DNA of 61,444 bases, filler included, from Choristocarpus tenellus KU-1152 (GCA_964200185.2; 11 parts of 11 records of this genome joined end to end with filler, not necessarily neighbours in it), one strand, 5' to 3'; positions 1 to 12,055 are shown, counted from the whole stretch's first letter. Notes: generated from the letters alone by a model not told the origin. Translations and numbers: made by a program.

Positions 1-72
1 CACCCAAAAATCGCGACATGAAAAAATTGACCCCAAATGGACAGCCGCCACCCCCCCCAGATACTTTGAGCC
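1..72. mobile_element. MITE family A, partial (one end)
   Basis: ...AAATGGACAGCCGCCACCCCCCCCAGATACTTTGAGCC matches the end of the family A copies at 7856, 10231, 23958 and 52076. Confidence 0.85.
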
Positions 73-547
73 AAACACATGTACGTACGAGCAAATGTAC
101 CCTCAAGGTAGGCTACTATTCTATTCAACACACGCATGCACGTATGCAGATGCAGAGCAGGAACAAGGATACTTCCTGCAGATGAAACTTGCCTTAAGCG
201 CTTCGTTTTTGCGAATAACAGAAAGAAAAACTGTAAACATCTTCTGTCAATGAAATTTAAGGTTTGTCGGAGTCGCTCAGTCCTCACGTTTCCCCATCCC
301 CTGCCCGCTGCAACTCTACTCACCAACAAACCCTTCCAAGATTTGTTGGATCGTTCCTTCTATCTCAACCCCCTTTCCTCTGCCTATATGAAGATTCAAG
401 ACTTCTCCTTTTCTCCTCACAAATAAAATAAATTATGTTTTTCATTTCCAACAACACCAAGAAAATCGCCCTGAGATTCGACCCCAGACAGATCCCCCTC
501 GCCTTCTTCCATGCTTCCTTCACCCTACCCCCGACCTCTGCTCAGTT

Positions 548-2287
548 CTATATTCTTACCTCAGCCTCTAAGTCCACTACCTCCATTTCTCGGTCAGTTC
601 CCGAGCCAGTAGTACCTTCTCCAGGAAACAATGCCTGCAACGAAATACTCAGGATTTGTATATTTGTATGCACGTGCTTGTCCCTCCCATCTTCCGTCGA
701 CTTACAACAGGATTCTTCCTCAATCAAAGCCTTCCCCCAGGGAGGAAGCACTGCAGGGCAGAACTCAAATATATCACTTGCGCCCCCACCCCCTTCCTCT
801 TCCTCCCCATCCCCTGCCTTCTTCCTGTCACCTGTGGCAATACTTGTCAACTGGAGAGCCTTGCATACTTTCCCTGTTGCCAACCACAGCCAGTTGTGTG
901 ATGGTACCCAATTCACACAAAGTGCACGAACTAATGTGCCTACAAAAGGGAAGGCCTCAAACGTGGTAGCCGGAACTGACTTCCAAGCAAGACCTCTTGG
1001 TGCTGCGGCAATCATCATCGCTGTAGACAAAAGCAAGGCCGTCAAGAACCACACGAGGCACCACGCCAAACCCTTGCTTTTCCCCACAGTAGCAGGGTGT
1101 GCACTGGCATTGACAGTGGAATCTTCAGCCAGGATTACACCAGGACTCGGAGTCACTCCTCGAGATTCACCCTGGAGCTGTTGATCTGCACCTGAAGTGG
1201 CGCTACCAGCTACTGTGGAGAAGGGGGCATCAGTAGGGAATAGGGGAGTGTCGACTACCCCCGAAGTAGAGGTTTCTGTGGTAACAGCAATGTTCTCAGG
1301 TAGAACTAGAGAAGAGTGCTGCCCAACCGTCAGGGATTGGCTCTGATCCCTTGACAGCAGCCGTTGCCAGGCCTGCTGGACATCCAGGCCCTCTGCCACA
1401 ACAACTGGGAGTTGGGGAATACTACCTGCTACGTTGGTGACTTTGGTCCGGATGAGACCGTTAATCATAGTGGTGACTACAGTCTGGACATCAGTCATGG
1501 ATTGACTTCTGACCTGGATATGTTGGTTGGTCTCAGGAGCAACAACGTTAATCACTGAAGCTGGGGAAGCGGTGGTTGCACCCTGGGGAAGAGAATCAGT
1601 ACCAGTTGATGAGCTAGTAGTGGATGTCTCATCCTTGACAAGTGTGCAAGCTGAGTCCCTGGGTGGGCCTCGGTTTAGGTCATGGGTCTGACCCCCAGGC
1701 ACATCATATCCATCTGTAGCTGTTGTCCTGGAGGTATCCGTTAGAAGTGAAGTGGTGGTGACTGAGGGTGAGGAAACTGTGGGAAAAGTGATAGCTGCTG
1801 GTATTGCAGGGCCAGTGCCAATGCCACCGTTCACCATTGCCATAGTGGATACCGGAGATTGCTGCAGAGGTGCTGGGAAGGAGAGGGTTGGAGGGGTCGG
1901 TGTCTCAGGACAAAGTTGTTGGGCAAGTCTGGAAGTCAACATCATGGGGGGCACCAACTCTGACTTAGCGTGCCTCTGAGCGATAGCCCCAGCTGTTGCA
2001 ACTGTTGGTTGGTCTCCCATGTGCACCACAAACCCTACCCCACTCTGGACTACGGAGGGATGATCATCATTGACCGGGCTAATGTATTTTCCTGGGTCAC
2101 CATTGTTGCTGTTCAGTGATAGGCGAGGGGTTGTCGAAAATCTCCCTCCCCCACTGCTGCTGCTGTTCAGACTTTGCTTTCTGGAAGACAAAAGATCATG
2201 GAGGGGGGAAATCCTAGAATCATTTGAAGATTTCGAAGACGTTCCATGAGTTACTTGTACCTCCTGGAAAGGGGAGAATGTTTGCAT
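548..2287 (-). CDS. Intronless 579-aa orphan ORF: Ser/Thr/Pro-rich region, then a hydrophobic segment and an acidic tail
   Basis: Uninterrupted 1.74-kb ORF. Hydrophobic stretch GLAWCLVWFLTALLLSTAMMIAAA. No recognisable domain. Confidence 0.45.
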   Translation of the reverse strand: MQTFSPFQEVQVTHGTSSKSSNDSRISPLHDLLSSRKQSLNSSSSGGGRFSTTPRLSLNSNNGDPGKYISPVNDDHPSVVQSGVGFVVHMGDQPTVATAGAIAQRHAKSELVPPMMLTSRLAQQLCPETPTPPTLSFPAPLQQSPVSTMAMVNGGIGTGPAIPAAITFPTVSSPSVTTTSLLTDTSRTTATDGYDVPGGQTHDLNRGPPRDSACTLVKDETSTTSSSTGTDSLPQGATTASPASVINVVAPETNQHIQVRSQSMTDVQTVVTTMINGLIRTKVTNVAGSIPQLPVVVAEGLDVQQAWQRLLSRDQSQSLTVGQHSSLVLPENIAVTTETSTSGVVDTPLFPTDAPFSTVAGSATSGADQQLQGESRGVTPSPGVILAEDSTVNASAHPATVGKSKGLAWCLVWFLTALLLSTAMMIAAAPRGLAWKSVPATTFEAFPFVGTLVRALCVNWVPSHNWLWLATGKVCKALQLTSIATGDRKKAGDGEEEEGGGGASDIFEFCPAVLPPWGKALIEEESCCKSTEDGRDKHVHTNIQILSISLQALFPGEGTTGSGTDREMEVVDLEAEVRI

Positions 2288-2336
2288 TTAGAGAGTAGGT
2301 TGTTGGGGTGTGCGGGGTGGGTGAAAAAAGGGGTAA

Positions 2337-2587
2337 GAGTGAAAGTGTCTTAGAGGGTACGAGTTCTGTCCTGTTTGTCCGTTTGGGCTTGGCTTCTTAT
2401 GGGTTTATTACATTTCCTACTCCAAAATGCGTCGGAATAGGAAATGTATACGTCATGAAAAGGTGTGTCCGAAACAAGGATAATGGCACTTTCTACCCAA
2501 CACGATAGCCAAAATTACATCAAAATCGCAACATTGGATTAAGGCCCCCGAACTGACGCCGCTCTACCGTCTAAGATACTTAAACTC
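2337..2587 (+). mobile_element. MITE family B (~250 bp), TSD TAA
   Basis: TIRs GAGTGAAAGTGTCTTAGAGGGTA / TACCGTCTAAGATACTTAAACTC. TAA on both sides (2334-36, 2588-90). Four other copies in the window. Confidence 0.9.
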
Positions 2588-3208
2588 TAAAGGGGTGCAG
2601 CGTGAGATGCAGTGTTCAGGTGATGCAAGATTACATTTAGCATATGTTCTCATCCCTCAATCATTATGTACAGGACGCCATACACATAAATAAAGATGAC
2701 GTTACAATCCTGCGAAATGGAATATATATCACAATCATTCTGTTAAAAATTCCAATATCCCCCTAAGAAGTCTGTACTCCGCAAATGTATACTGATGTGT
2801 TACAGTGAGGATGAAAAAATTGTCCACCTGTGTCTCTGCCTATAATATTAGCACTGAAGTTTATAGTTTTAACATCTGTTATTAAATTCTTGGAAGAATT
2901 TCAGCTGTGTGACCCACATGGGATCTCTTGGTCACCTGCGCTTGCTCTGAGTATGCTCTAGGTAAACGAAGTAACCACTCTTCTACTACGACTGAGGTCG
3001 AAAGTTGTGTGTCAATTAATCAATTTAGCATCCCTGAGGAGAAATCGAGTACCCTTTTCACCAAGAGAGAGGTCGACCTACTGTCATCATTGGTGGACTA
3101 CCCTTTGGCAAAATGTTTCTGTGGAGGACCACTGTACATAGTATGTTGACTTCGTGCAAGTTTTAGTACCACAACACATTCCCCTTACATTAGTGTAAAT
3201 AAATTATA

Positions 3209-4893
3209 CTATCTCCGTGCCATAATTCTGTGCTGCGTTGTCCATTAACTTTAGAAGATAATGAACTTAATTCTGAAAGAAGATTTGGAATCCTTGACGA
3301 ATTTCTGGTTAGGTCAGCTCGTTTATTATTATTTCTCTCCGTCCATCACAATTTTATCAGCCACAGAAAGCCTCCATGTCTACCTTCAGTGTGTTTTCAA
3401 TCTCACCAGACAACTGCCTCTTCCTTACCCCTGTGTGCTCCGCACTGAAGTTATTTCCCCCTTTGTATCTAAGAACTTGATCGTACACCATAAAAAGGAG
3501 CTGCCAAGCCCTCTCAAGTGGCTTCATCATACTCCTCATACTGGTTCTTAATGACCTTCACCATCTCCTCGACGAATCCAAACCACTCCCCCATCACCCG
3601 GCATTTCAAAGGCCTGAAGAAGCACAGGCACGTGATACTGAGATTGGGGGAGTTAGATGGCTACGCCACAAGCCTAATCGACCACCCCTCAGTCTTCTCT
3701 GCCTCTAACAAGATTTCTGAGTTGCCCTTGCCCGTGTGTGGGGGGGTGACACCGTCTTCCTGAACGACAATGTGCTTCCCCTGCAACCAAGGCATCTTGA
3801 TCTTGATTGCAGGCAGTAAATTCTCTGTGTACCACTTCCTGTACCACAAATGGTCTAAAGTACAGTCCTGCTCTCATACACATCCCCCTTTTAATGGTTC
3901 TTGCTTGTCCTGTCTGCCGTTTTTGGCGCGTACACACGCCAAACACCAAGCTTTCCATCAAAGCTGTGAGCCAAATCTGGGCGGGCATTGATCGCAATGA
4001 GCATGGTTTTAGGGATATGACTCTTGTGCTGCACAGTAGAGGAACCTGGAAGATCGCTATCATCCTCATGCGGAAATACCCTAACCCTTTCCCCATCAGC
4101 CATCATGTAAACCAGGTTCAGTCACACGGATCATACTTGCCATGGAGGCGTACACACCACATTTCTGGTTAACTTGGTCGCAAACAAAGTCCATTCTCCA
4201 TACCTCTTGCCACGATTTACGCTTGGGTTTGATTCAGCGGCAATTCGACATGGCCCCCATATCATCCAACCACCTGTTTATGGTGCTCGTGCTATAATTC
4301 AGCCCCTTGGGCGGCCATCTTCATTGTCACCTGACGCACTGTGGATGACCGATTATCGGAGTTGATACTATGTTTTGTGGCCATCTTGGTCGGTGTGAGC
4401 TCCGAAGGACCCCCACTACGTGCCGCCACCCCTAGGTCAAGCGTGTGGCCATGGGCGAGCTGATTGGCGACATCCTCCCAGACCCTCGCGTGTAACGCTT
4501 GGACACTCCAAACTCCGCTGCAAGGGTTGGCCCAACGTGTCGCGGCAGTTAATACTCACCAGGGACCATCGCAAGGGCATGCCACACTGCAAGCGCAACC
4601 CTGGTATTCAGGGACACTTGGGCACCCTACTTGGGGGGGTCGATGGGAGGGTTACCATGCCGATGTTTTGAACCTCAACATGCCCAGTTCTGGCCTTAAA
4701 ATAACCCAAAAGGGTTCCTACTTTGACAACTTGAAGCACCTCGAGTTTGTAGCTGATGATCATCGACCCCACCTTTTCTCAAAGCTGAGATTGTTAACCC
4801 GATTTCATTCTGTGGGGTTATCGTCCAATTCGGCGCGGTTCTCGCTCGGCGAGCCCAGATGTTTTACGGCACAAACTTATGGCACAGAGCAAG
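3209..4893 (-). mobile_element. Tc1/mariner element (plant-type DD39D/Osmar-like), frameshifted transposase pseudogene
   Basis: Fragments VQHKSHIPKTMLIAINARP, FDGKLGVWRV, RTSKNH, IVVQED and a decayed SPDLN-like motif. Imperfect TIRs CTATCTCCGTGCCATAA / TTATGGCACAGAGCAAG, with TA on the left. Aligns along its length to 48871-50519. Confidence 0.9.
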
Positions 4894-4997
4894 GCAGGAC
4901 ATACTGAAAAGACACACACACATATACAACAAGGTACATACCTTAGGCCCAATATAGGGTGAGGTCATACAGGATGATCCTTGCAATGATTGGCACT

Positions 4998-5285
4998 GAG
5001 TGAAAGCATCCTAGAGGGTATGGGTTTTGCCCTGTTTGTCCATTTGGGGCTTGGCTTCCCACTTTTTGTTTTATGAAATTTTCCTACTCCGAAATGTGTC
5101 GGAGTAGTGTGTCCGGAACAATGATATTAATGATATGTTCCTAATCTGCAAAATATCAGAGGGCATAATAATAAAAATAATATATGTTCCTAACAAACAC
5201 AATAAACGAAATTACATCAAAATTGCAACATTGGATTTGGGCCCCCAAATGGACGCGGCTCTACCCTCTTAAGATACTTTGACTC
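4998..5285 (+). mobile_element. MITE family B, TSD ACT, carrying a 37-bp nested insertion
   Basis: TIRs GAGTGAAAGCATCCTAGAGGGTA / TACCCTCTTAAGATACTTTGACTC. ACT at 4995-97 and 5286-88. Confidence 0.9.
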
Positions 5286-5880
5286 ACTTCCCATCTTCAC
5301 CGTGAAGGTTAGCACTGGTTGAGACTCCACCAACAGGGGAAGACGTATCGCACGTAGTGCCGACTAGCGAAAGGTTAACTCTTATGTTGAAGATGGGGGC
5401 TGGTGCTGAGCTGCTCCTTGGCAACCTTCAGCCAGTCACCACCCCAGGGTGACTGGTGGACGACCTTGTGGGGAGTTTTAACAAGATGACTGACTATAAC
5501 CTGGTCCACCCGCTTCCCAAATTCTTTCCCATCACTAATCTGCTCTACCCATTCTCCTTCACCTTGTCCTCCATCCCTCTATCTACTCCTTCCTTCTCCA
5601 CCCCTTCACACACAGCCCCCCACTGGGTGGATGTTGTCTCCGATTGGAGGACTCAACACTCTTGTTGGCAATGTAGTAGCATGACACCAGGGGAGGCGAT
5701 TGGGATCAATTTGGCACAGAATGCTATAAAGTACAGTGAAGATAGCACAATTAGGAACAAATAAAAACTGTACTTTTGTCGTGATCTTGGAGGTGCGGGA
5801 AGAACTGGGCATCTCATTTGCCCTATCTACCATTGTTGTGTGCTGTCAGTCAGTATGGTCCAACATGGTATGCCTTTTTT

Positions 5881-5936
5881 TTGTGTTGTGTTGTGTTGTG
5901 TTGTGTTGTGTTGTGTTGTGTTGTGTTGTGTTGTGT
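5881..5936. repeat. (TTGTG)n microsatellite
   Basis: About 11 perfect pentamer units. Confidence 0.95.
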
Positions 5937-7146
5937 GCTGTTGTTGGGTCCTGGAGGCATCCACAATATCTTAGAGTTGTGAACAAAGAGGATATGCGAC
6001 TTTTGACTATAATCGGACCAGCAATTAATTATCTGGGTCATATATCCCGACTGCTGAACTCAGTGAGTAGCGTAGCGGTGAGAAAATAGTCCCCCTGCCA
6101 GGCGAGGGATCGCAGAGAATTCCCAAAATTTCGAAGCTAACATTTGTACACACGTACGTGCAAACAAAACTTTCGGAGGTGTATGTGCGCGCAAGGATGG
6201 TATGTGGAGTAATCGACTAATCTGTAAAAATCTATTTGATTATAAGTTAATCGCAATCGATCGGATGTGGCCAACTAACAATTGATGCTAGTTCACAAAT
6301 CTACAATATCTGAAGTTTACCGGTTCTCAATAACTAGCACGTAAATTAAGCCAGCATGGAGGTAGGGAGTAGAGCAAGGGCTACTATGAGAAGACACGTA
6401 CTCATCCAGTACCACAACCCTACCTCAGATGTGATCGATGAAATCGATCCTGTGGTGGCCTCAAACTTCCTCTCCCCCATCTTTGCCCTCTCTACCAGTC
6501 CTCCACCCCTAGCACCCTTGTTTTCAAGAGCAGCTGATGTTGACTTGATCTTGGTTTGAAAGGAAACTCGACTGCCTCTCGTCCTATATATTCAAATGAA
6601 GTTCCAAGCAGAAGGGAGGCAGAGGGAGAAAAGAGATGCAAATGGGGGGTAGAAGTAGGAAGCATTAATGCGGAGAGGGTGTCAACGAGATAATTCGACT
6701 CTGATAGTCATAAGAGAAAACACTTTGAAGGAGAAAAAAGGCAAATGTCAATGACACAATAATGCTATTGACATCATATTTCATTGCTCTCATCACACCA
6801 CATCCATGGGCAACCTGCATAGGTGAACTACTAGCTATGTTTTTTTCATACCTCAGCTTGTCCAAGGAAATAAGACTGTTGTATCACGAAAATAGTTTGG
6901 GGATGTGGAAAGCTGAGGGATCTATCCAATAGAGAGCATTGAGGGGTTGAATGTGAAGAATGGGAGGGCACTCACATGTCCTTGGCAGGTGTTTCTAACA
7001 TTGCACTCTTCATAAAAAGACCATGGTGGCTTGGACACTCAAAATACCTGAAAGATTTCAAAGGTAGGCGTCAAAATCGAATAGAAGCAGTCCACACAAG
7101 GGGGGGGGGGGTGTATTGAAATGTAAGAGATGCTTGAAAGAGGCGC

Positions 7147-7246
7147 NNNNNNNNNNNNNNNNNNNNNNNNNNNNNNNNNNNNNNNNNNNNTTAATTAATT
7201 AANNNNNNNNNNNNNNNNNNNNNNNNNNNNNNNNNNNNNNNNNNNN
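7147..7246. other. Artificial contig spacer N44-TTAATTAATTAA-N44; also at 10131, 14325, 19421, 23243, 27951, 34412, 38189, 52233 and 56641
   Basis: Identical 100-nt N-padded linker with stops in all six frames. Confidence 0.98.
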
Positions 7247-7399
7247 CAGGGCAATGAAGGGTTGCTGGAACTCTCAAACCTAAAACATCTTATTCTGCAC
7301 ACTCCCCATCGAGAGTGGAAGTAAAAGAAGACAGATTGGTTCAACTCTCACACACATCACATTTATCCTGTCACCGCAGTAAAAGAACACTGATCGCTT

Positions 7400-9560
7400 G
7401 TACTCAAACATACATCATTCATCTAGTTAACACAGTGTCTACGAAGTCTTGTACCTGCTTCTTGAGATATGCCAACATGGTGATGTACAATCGTGTCGCA
7501 TGATGATCCCTCGCTTTGTGTATGGGTAAAAATTTGAATCAGGCACCTTCTGCTGTTTCTCTTGTTGGACGTAGCACTCCCTCCCTCAGGCTTGAAGCCT
7601 ATCATAATTGAATGTTTTGTACATCCTCTCGTTGAGTGAAGTCCTGTGCCACCAACCTGGTCGTGTTCAATGGTTCCCTCAGCTGTTGGCTTTGTCTTAA
7701 ATTCAGAGTTAGTCTTGACAGGATTTCTTCCCCATGTCAAAACCTCTCCGTCTATGAATGTTTCTTTCATCCATTGTTGCTCCATCTTCTCCATTGCCGC
7801 TTGCCATTCTCGCGTGTCAGACCCCGTGAGTGCCTCTGATATAGAAAATGGTTCTGACCCAATGTATCTGTGTGTGGGGTGTGTGTGTTACACTAGGGTG
7901 TCCATTTGGGCCATAACCAGGAAAAATCCACTTACATTATCCATCCGACGTGTACAACCAAATCACACAAAAATCGCGACATGAAAAAATTGACCCCAGA
8001 TGGACAGCTGCCACCCCCCCTCAGATACGTTGACCCTTCTTGATGGTCTGGAGTAGATATTATTGACTCTCCAGATTTACAAGTCTTGTGCAGGCAGTCA
8101 TTTGCTGACAACCTTCCTCGCCAGGGTGCCTCTGATATATTGCATGCCTCATTCCATGTACCATCGCTGCCCATTTCGCCTCTGATGAAGATGTGGTTAC
8201 AGTTCCTTGCATTTTGGATTTCCATGCAATTGGTGCCTCATTCAATAGGATTAGGTATCCCGTCACGCTTTGTTTTGAAACAGTGTCTGAGTCTCCATAC
8301 CCGACCAAGCCCCCATTCTCCTTTTCACCACCAGCAGGATAGTGTATCCCTACTTTCATGGTACCCGCTAGGTATCGTAGAACATGTTGCAGACCTTTGT
8401 TGACAACCATCCACTGTTTTTCCTTTCTGGCTCCAACCCTGGTCCAGCTAGTTCCTCCGCCTGTTTAGATGGTGTCACTCTCCTTTGGCGACAAACGATC
8501 TGAAGGTGTCTTTTACCTCCACAGTTGTAGCATATTCCTTTGAAAGAACAAGGACCAATATGCTTGATCAGTCCATAGTTTAAACATCTTCTCTTGGTCC
8601 TAATCTCGTCTCTGGTAGGGGATCCTGTTCTAATATGGTCCGTACGTTGACCAGTTGTACCTTATCAGACCCCACACGACCCTCTCATCCTGACGTCTCA
8701 CAGATGGTGCCGACAGAACTGAGGTTGTAGGCTAGTGCGAGCACCACAGCAACCTTTTTCATGGTCGCACTGTACTCCATATCCTCGTCCTGAGAGCACT
8801 GCCATCTCCATTCATCCCCATCCAGCAACGTAAGGTTCTTGTCTATCTCTGACAACTACCATTCTTCAACATCTGGTGGTTTCTCCACGTTGTAGTTTGA
8901 CTTGTTGGTCACGACCAGCACTCCTCCCCAGAATCGATGTCTTCTGCCAATATCTATACCACACGAAGTACGATTCTGAGTGTTCTCGTGTCCATCAGTA
9001 CCATCATTATCTCCATCATAGCCAGCTCGTTTACCAGCAGTATGACAGCAATCTCCCGAGCCCCAATGTCGTTCACGGCATGTTGCTGCTAAATGTCCCA
9101 TCTTCCCATAGATGTCACATTCCTTCTGCTTGCTGGGACATTTATTGCGGTAGTGTCCCATCTTGCCACAGGTGTAGTATTTTATCTGCTCTGACCGCGG
9201 TGCCACACTCTGCCTCCTGGCTGTCAAAGCTGCCGTTGTCCTCCCCTGATGGATAGCTTTCTCAGTGTTCAACCGACGAAATCGGTTCGCAAGTCCTTGC
9301 TATAAACTCCGTCCGAGTTAGAGTTGTTCCTCACATCAGTAACGTTCTTTGTTCAAGGTCATATTCATCTGGTAGTCCAGTCAGAATAGTTGCGTTGAGT
9401 TCTTCGTCGGTAATGATTTTGTGCAATTTACCTTGGGAGGTAATGCTATTTATCAGTAGTGAAGACAAGAAGGTGTGAAGCCTCTCACATGGTTCTCCAT
9501 TGCTGAACGTGATTACATGGTTGAATTAGCAGAGTCACTTTTGTGGTGTCTTCTAATTGC
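7400..9560 (-). mobile_element. Decayed, internally deleted Ty1/Copia LTR retrotransposon (gag, two zinc knuckles, protease remnant, RT/RNase H remnant)
   Basis: Gag-like ITDEELNATILTGLPDEYD (~9420-9360). Knuckles YYTCGKMGHYRNKC and CDIYGKMGHLAATC (8856-9272). LAYNLSSV protease-like motif. HVLRYLAGT...LVGYGDSD...SVTGYLILLNEAPIAWKSKMQGTVTTSSSEA (8060-8410). No integrase seen. Confidence 0.88.
7856..8036. mobile_element. MITE family A, diverged, nested in the Copia relic
   Basis: Internal CAAATCACACAAAAATCGCGACATGAAAAAATTGACCCCAGATGGACAGC and degenerate TIRs. Confidence 0.85.
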
Positions 9561-9731
9561 TTGTTTTATTATTATTTTGTGCTTCCTACATAAGTCAACG
9601 GTTATGTTAAAGTAGTTGAATGCAGAATATAAACCCATACGCAATCCCATTCACAATCCGGATGTACTATACCATAGTTTAATCTCATACACAAAATAAG
9701 GTACACCTCACTATTGTCCTATTTTGCACAC

Positions 9732-9985
9732 GAAGTCAAAGTATCTTAGAGGGTAGAGCCGCGTTCATTTGGGGGCCAAAATCCAATGTTCCGATTTTGA
9801 TGTAGTTTTCACTATCGAGTTTGTTAGGAAGTGTCAATATTCTAGACAGGCATTTTCATAACGAATACATTTTACCGACTCCGAAACATTTCGGAGATAG
9901 AAAATGTCATAAAAAAACCTGTGGGAAGCCAAGCCCCAAACGGACAAACAGGGCAAAACTCGTACCCTCTATGATACTTTGACTC
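9732..9985 (-). mobile_element. MITE family B, probable TSD CAC
   Basis: GAAGTCAAAGTATCTTAGAGGGTA...TACCCTCTATGATACTTTGACTC. CAC on both sides if a 1-nt insertion in the left TIR is allowed. Confidence 0.88.
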
Positions 9986-10230
9986 CACTCCCCCATGAGA
10001 GTGCAGGGCAATGAAGGGTTGCTGGAACTCTCAAACCTAAAACATCTTATTCTGCACACTCCCCATCGAGAGTGGAAGTAAAAGAAGACAGATTGGTTCA
10101 ACTCTCACACACATCACATTTATCCTGTCANNNNNNNNNNNNNNNNNNNNNNNNNNNNNNNNNNNNNNNNNNNNTTAATTAATTAANNNNNNNNNNNNNN
10201 NNNNNNNNNNNNNNNNNNNNNNNNNNNNNN

Positions 10231-10387
10231 GGGGGGGATCTACACCAGGGTGTCCATTCGGGCCCTGACCAGGAAAAATGCACTTACTTTATCCATCCGA
10301 CGCATGCAACCAAATCACCCAAAAATTGTGACATGAAAAGATAGGCCCCGAATGGATAGCCGTCACCCCCCTCAGATATTTTGAGCC
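10231..10387. mobile_element. MITE family A, truncated by contig start
   Basis: Same internal sequence as other A copies; ends CAGATATTTTGAGCC. Confidence 0.88.
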
Positions 10388-10559
10388 AATTGAAAAAGGG
10401 CAAAAACAGGCACAAGATGCTGATCTGCGTCGGTTTTCGTGTCACTTGAGAGGCCAGTAGATTTCAAGAGACACCAATGTGTGGTATAGGTAATGATACG
10501 ATAGTTTATATAGATGAAGATTCAGAGACTGCAAGAGCAACCTTGGTGCCTCTCGTTAC

Positions 10560-11648
10560 AAGCAAACATTAGTGAAACGGTAGAAATTCGAAGGGTAGGA
10601 TGCCAGTAGTCAGTCAGAGGATAAGTATAAGTAACTTGATAGCAGGGGATATTACAGTAAGCTACCTTTGTCATCGACACTGTTGTTTAGGGTAACCCCT
10701 TTGTAGAACTGACAATATTTAGGAGGAGATCACCCTTCTTCTCATCCTTCAAGACAAGTTTCCTCTTCACCGTATTATTTTCAAAGGTTGGCCCAACGTC
10801 TTAACTTGAAAGACATGTCGATAAGTCAAACAATTTGTAAAGGATAAAGATTGTGACACAACAGGAAAGGCCGAGTATTCCCACAAGTACCTTTTCTGAT
10901 AGGATGTAGGTTGCCTTCTCGTTCCCCCCAGTAGTGTTTTCGTCTAGACAGTCGTCTGCATCAGGGTCAATTCAAAGCCTATCTCTCTCCTTGAGCTTGT
11001 TCATGACTTCCACTGCATCCTTGAGCACCACTTCCTTTATGAAGACATATTTGAGATGCAATCTCCTCTGGTGTGCGATTTTGAGTTTTCCTTGTTGAGT
11101 AGTAAGTCTTGTTTCTCTCTCCTCTTGACAGTTTTCTTATCAAGCGTGCTATCATTAACTCTATTCTTTTTTCACTTGCCTCTTGTCCTCTTCGCTTTGT
11201 TTTTCTGGGTGTTAGTTTTTCCCTCTTGGTTATAATATTGAAGAACTGCAAGAGAGGAGTGCACGGGGTGCGGCCAAGAAGGGTAAGGATATGTTGTGGG
11301 TATCTATGTGGTCGTGCATAAACTTTGGATTGTATAGAATCAAGCGATTGGAATAGTCTGATAAACAGGTGCATATACTGGAGATTGAATAATCGAAATA
11401 AAAGCCAGTGCTTACCCATTCTTCTTGAGAGGTCTCAATCCCAAGGATGCAGGAGAGGGAAAGCATATCCGATGTTAGTCGGTCAGCTACCTTATTAGAG
11501 AGTATGTGTGCTGCGATCTTGACAATATTTTTCCACTCGTCTTTTTGGAGCGTATCTATTCCAAGGAGAGTCAAACCTTCTCCAGCCAAGACATCTGCCC
11601 ACATCTTGGCAAAATATTGCATTCTTATGTGCTTCAGGATCCTGAGCT
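10560..11648 (-). pseudogene. Unrecognised multi-exon repeat gene family ('family X'), diverged copy
   Basis: Exon FAKMWADVLAG...IETSQEEW|gtaagc is homologous to 32975-33199. Exon cag|FFNI...KRIE...LKYVFIKEVVLKDAVEVMNKLKERDRL*IDPDADD is homologous to 23663-24140. KRKLVLKDE...GVTLNNS is homologous to 24323-24420. Stops and frameshifts present. Confidence 0.75.
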
Positions 11649-11894
11649 ACAGAGGAGGAGAAAGGATAAATTGGTCTGCATGATGAGGTAGACGACGGGG
11701 TTGTGACTCTGAACAGCCAGCCGGACGGGCTGTCACAGGTGTACTTGTCGATGACCGAGCTGAGGACCGGTCAGTGTTGCTTCCCCTGCTCGGTGACGCT
11801 CTACTTCTGTCCGGAGACGTCGGTTCTCTAGTTGGGGTTGGGCGAAGTCCGAACGAGGAAACTAATGAAACCTTAGTTGCGAAGATGTCGTGCT

Positions 11895-12055
11895 TGGTTG
11901 TGTGAAGGTTGTCATATTGCAACAAAGCACCAGTGAATTCGTTCTGGTTGGTCTGACGACACATTTAAATCAATCAATGATGTAAGGTTGTGCGAAGGTT
12001 GTCATAGTGCAACAAAGCACTGGTGAATTCGTTCTGGTTGGTCTGACCACATGTT
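11895..12055 (+). repeat. Two near-tandem ~65-bp units (~90-bp period), also similar to 13260-13335 on the minus strand
   Basis: GGTTGTG(T/C)GAAGGTTGTCATA(T/G)TGCAACAAAGCAC(C/T)(A/G)GTGAATTCGTTCTGGTTGGTCTGAC occurs twice. Confidence 0.85.

Noticed and set aside
435-1184. 249-aa plus-strand ORF
   Set aside because: Mostly the antisense shadow of the 579-aa ORF; no motifs.
6420-6550. Possible minus-strand exon IKSTSAALENKG...SITSE
   Set aside because: Plausible splice sites, but no recognisable homology or confident partner exons.
7147-7246. Recurrent palindromic TTAATTAATTAA flanked by Ns, which could look like a repeat array or recombination site
   Set aside because: Artificial six-frame-stop spacer. 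Adjacency across spacers has no biological meaning, so no cross-contig gene cluster is inferred.
7247-7373. 127-bp terminal repeats as true Copia LTRs
   Set aside because: Length equals a common assembler k-mer; no TG...CA pair or adjacent polypurine tract.
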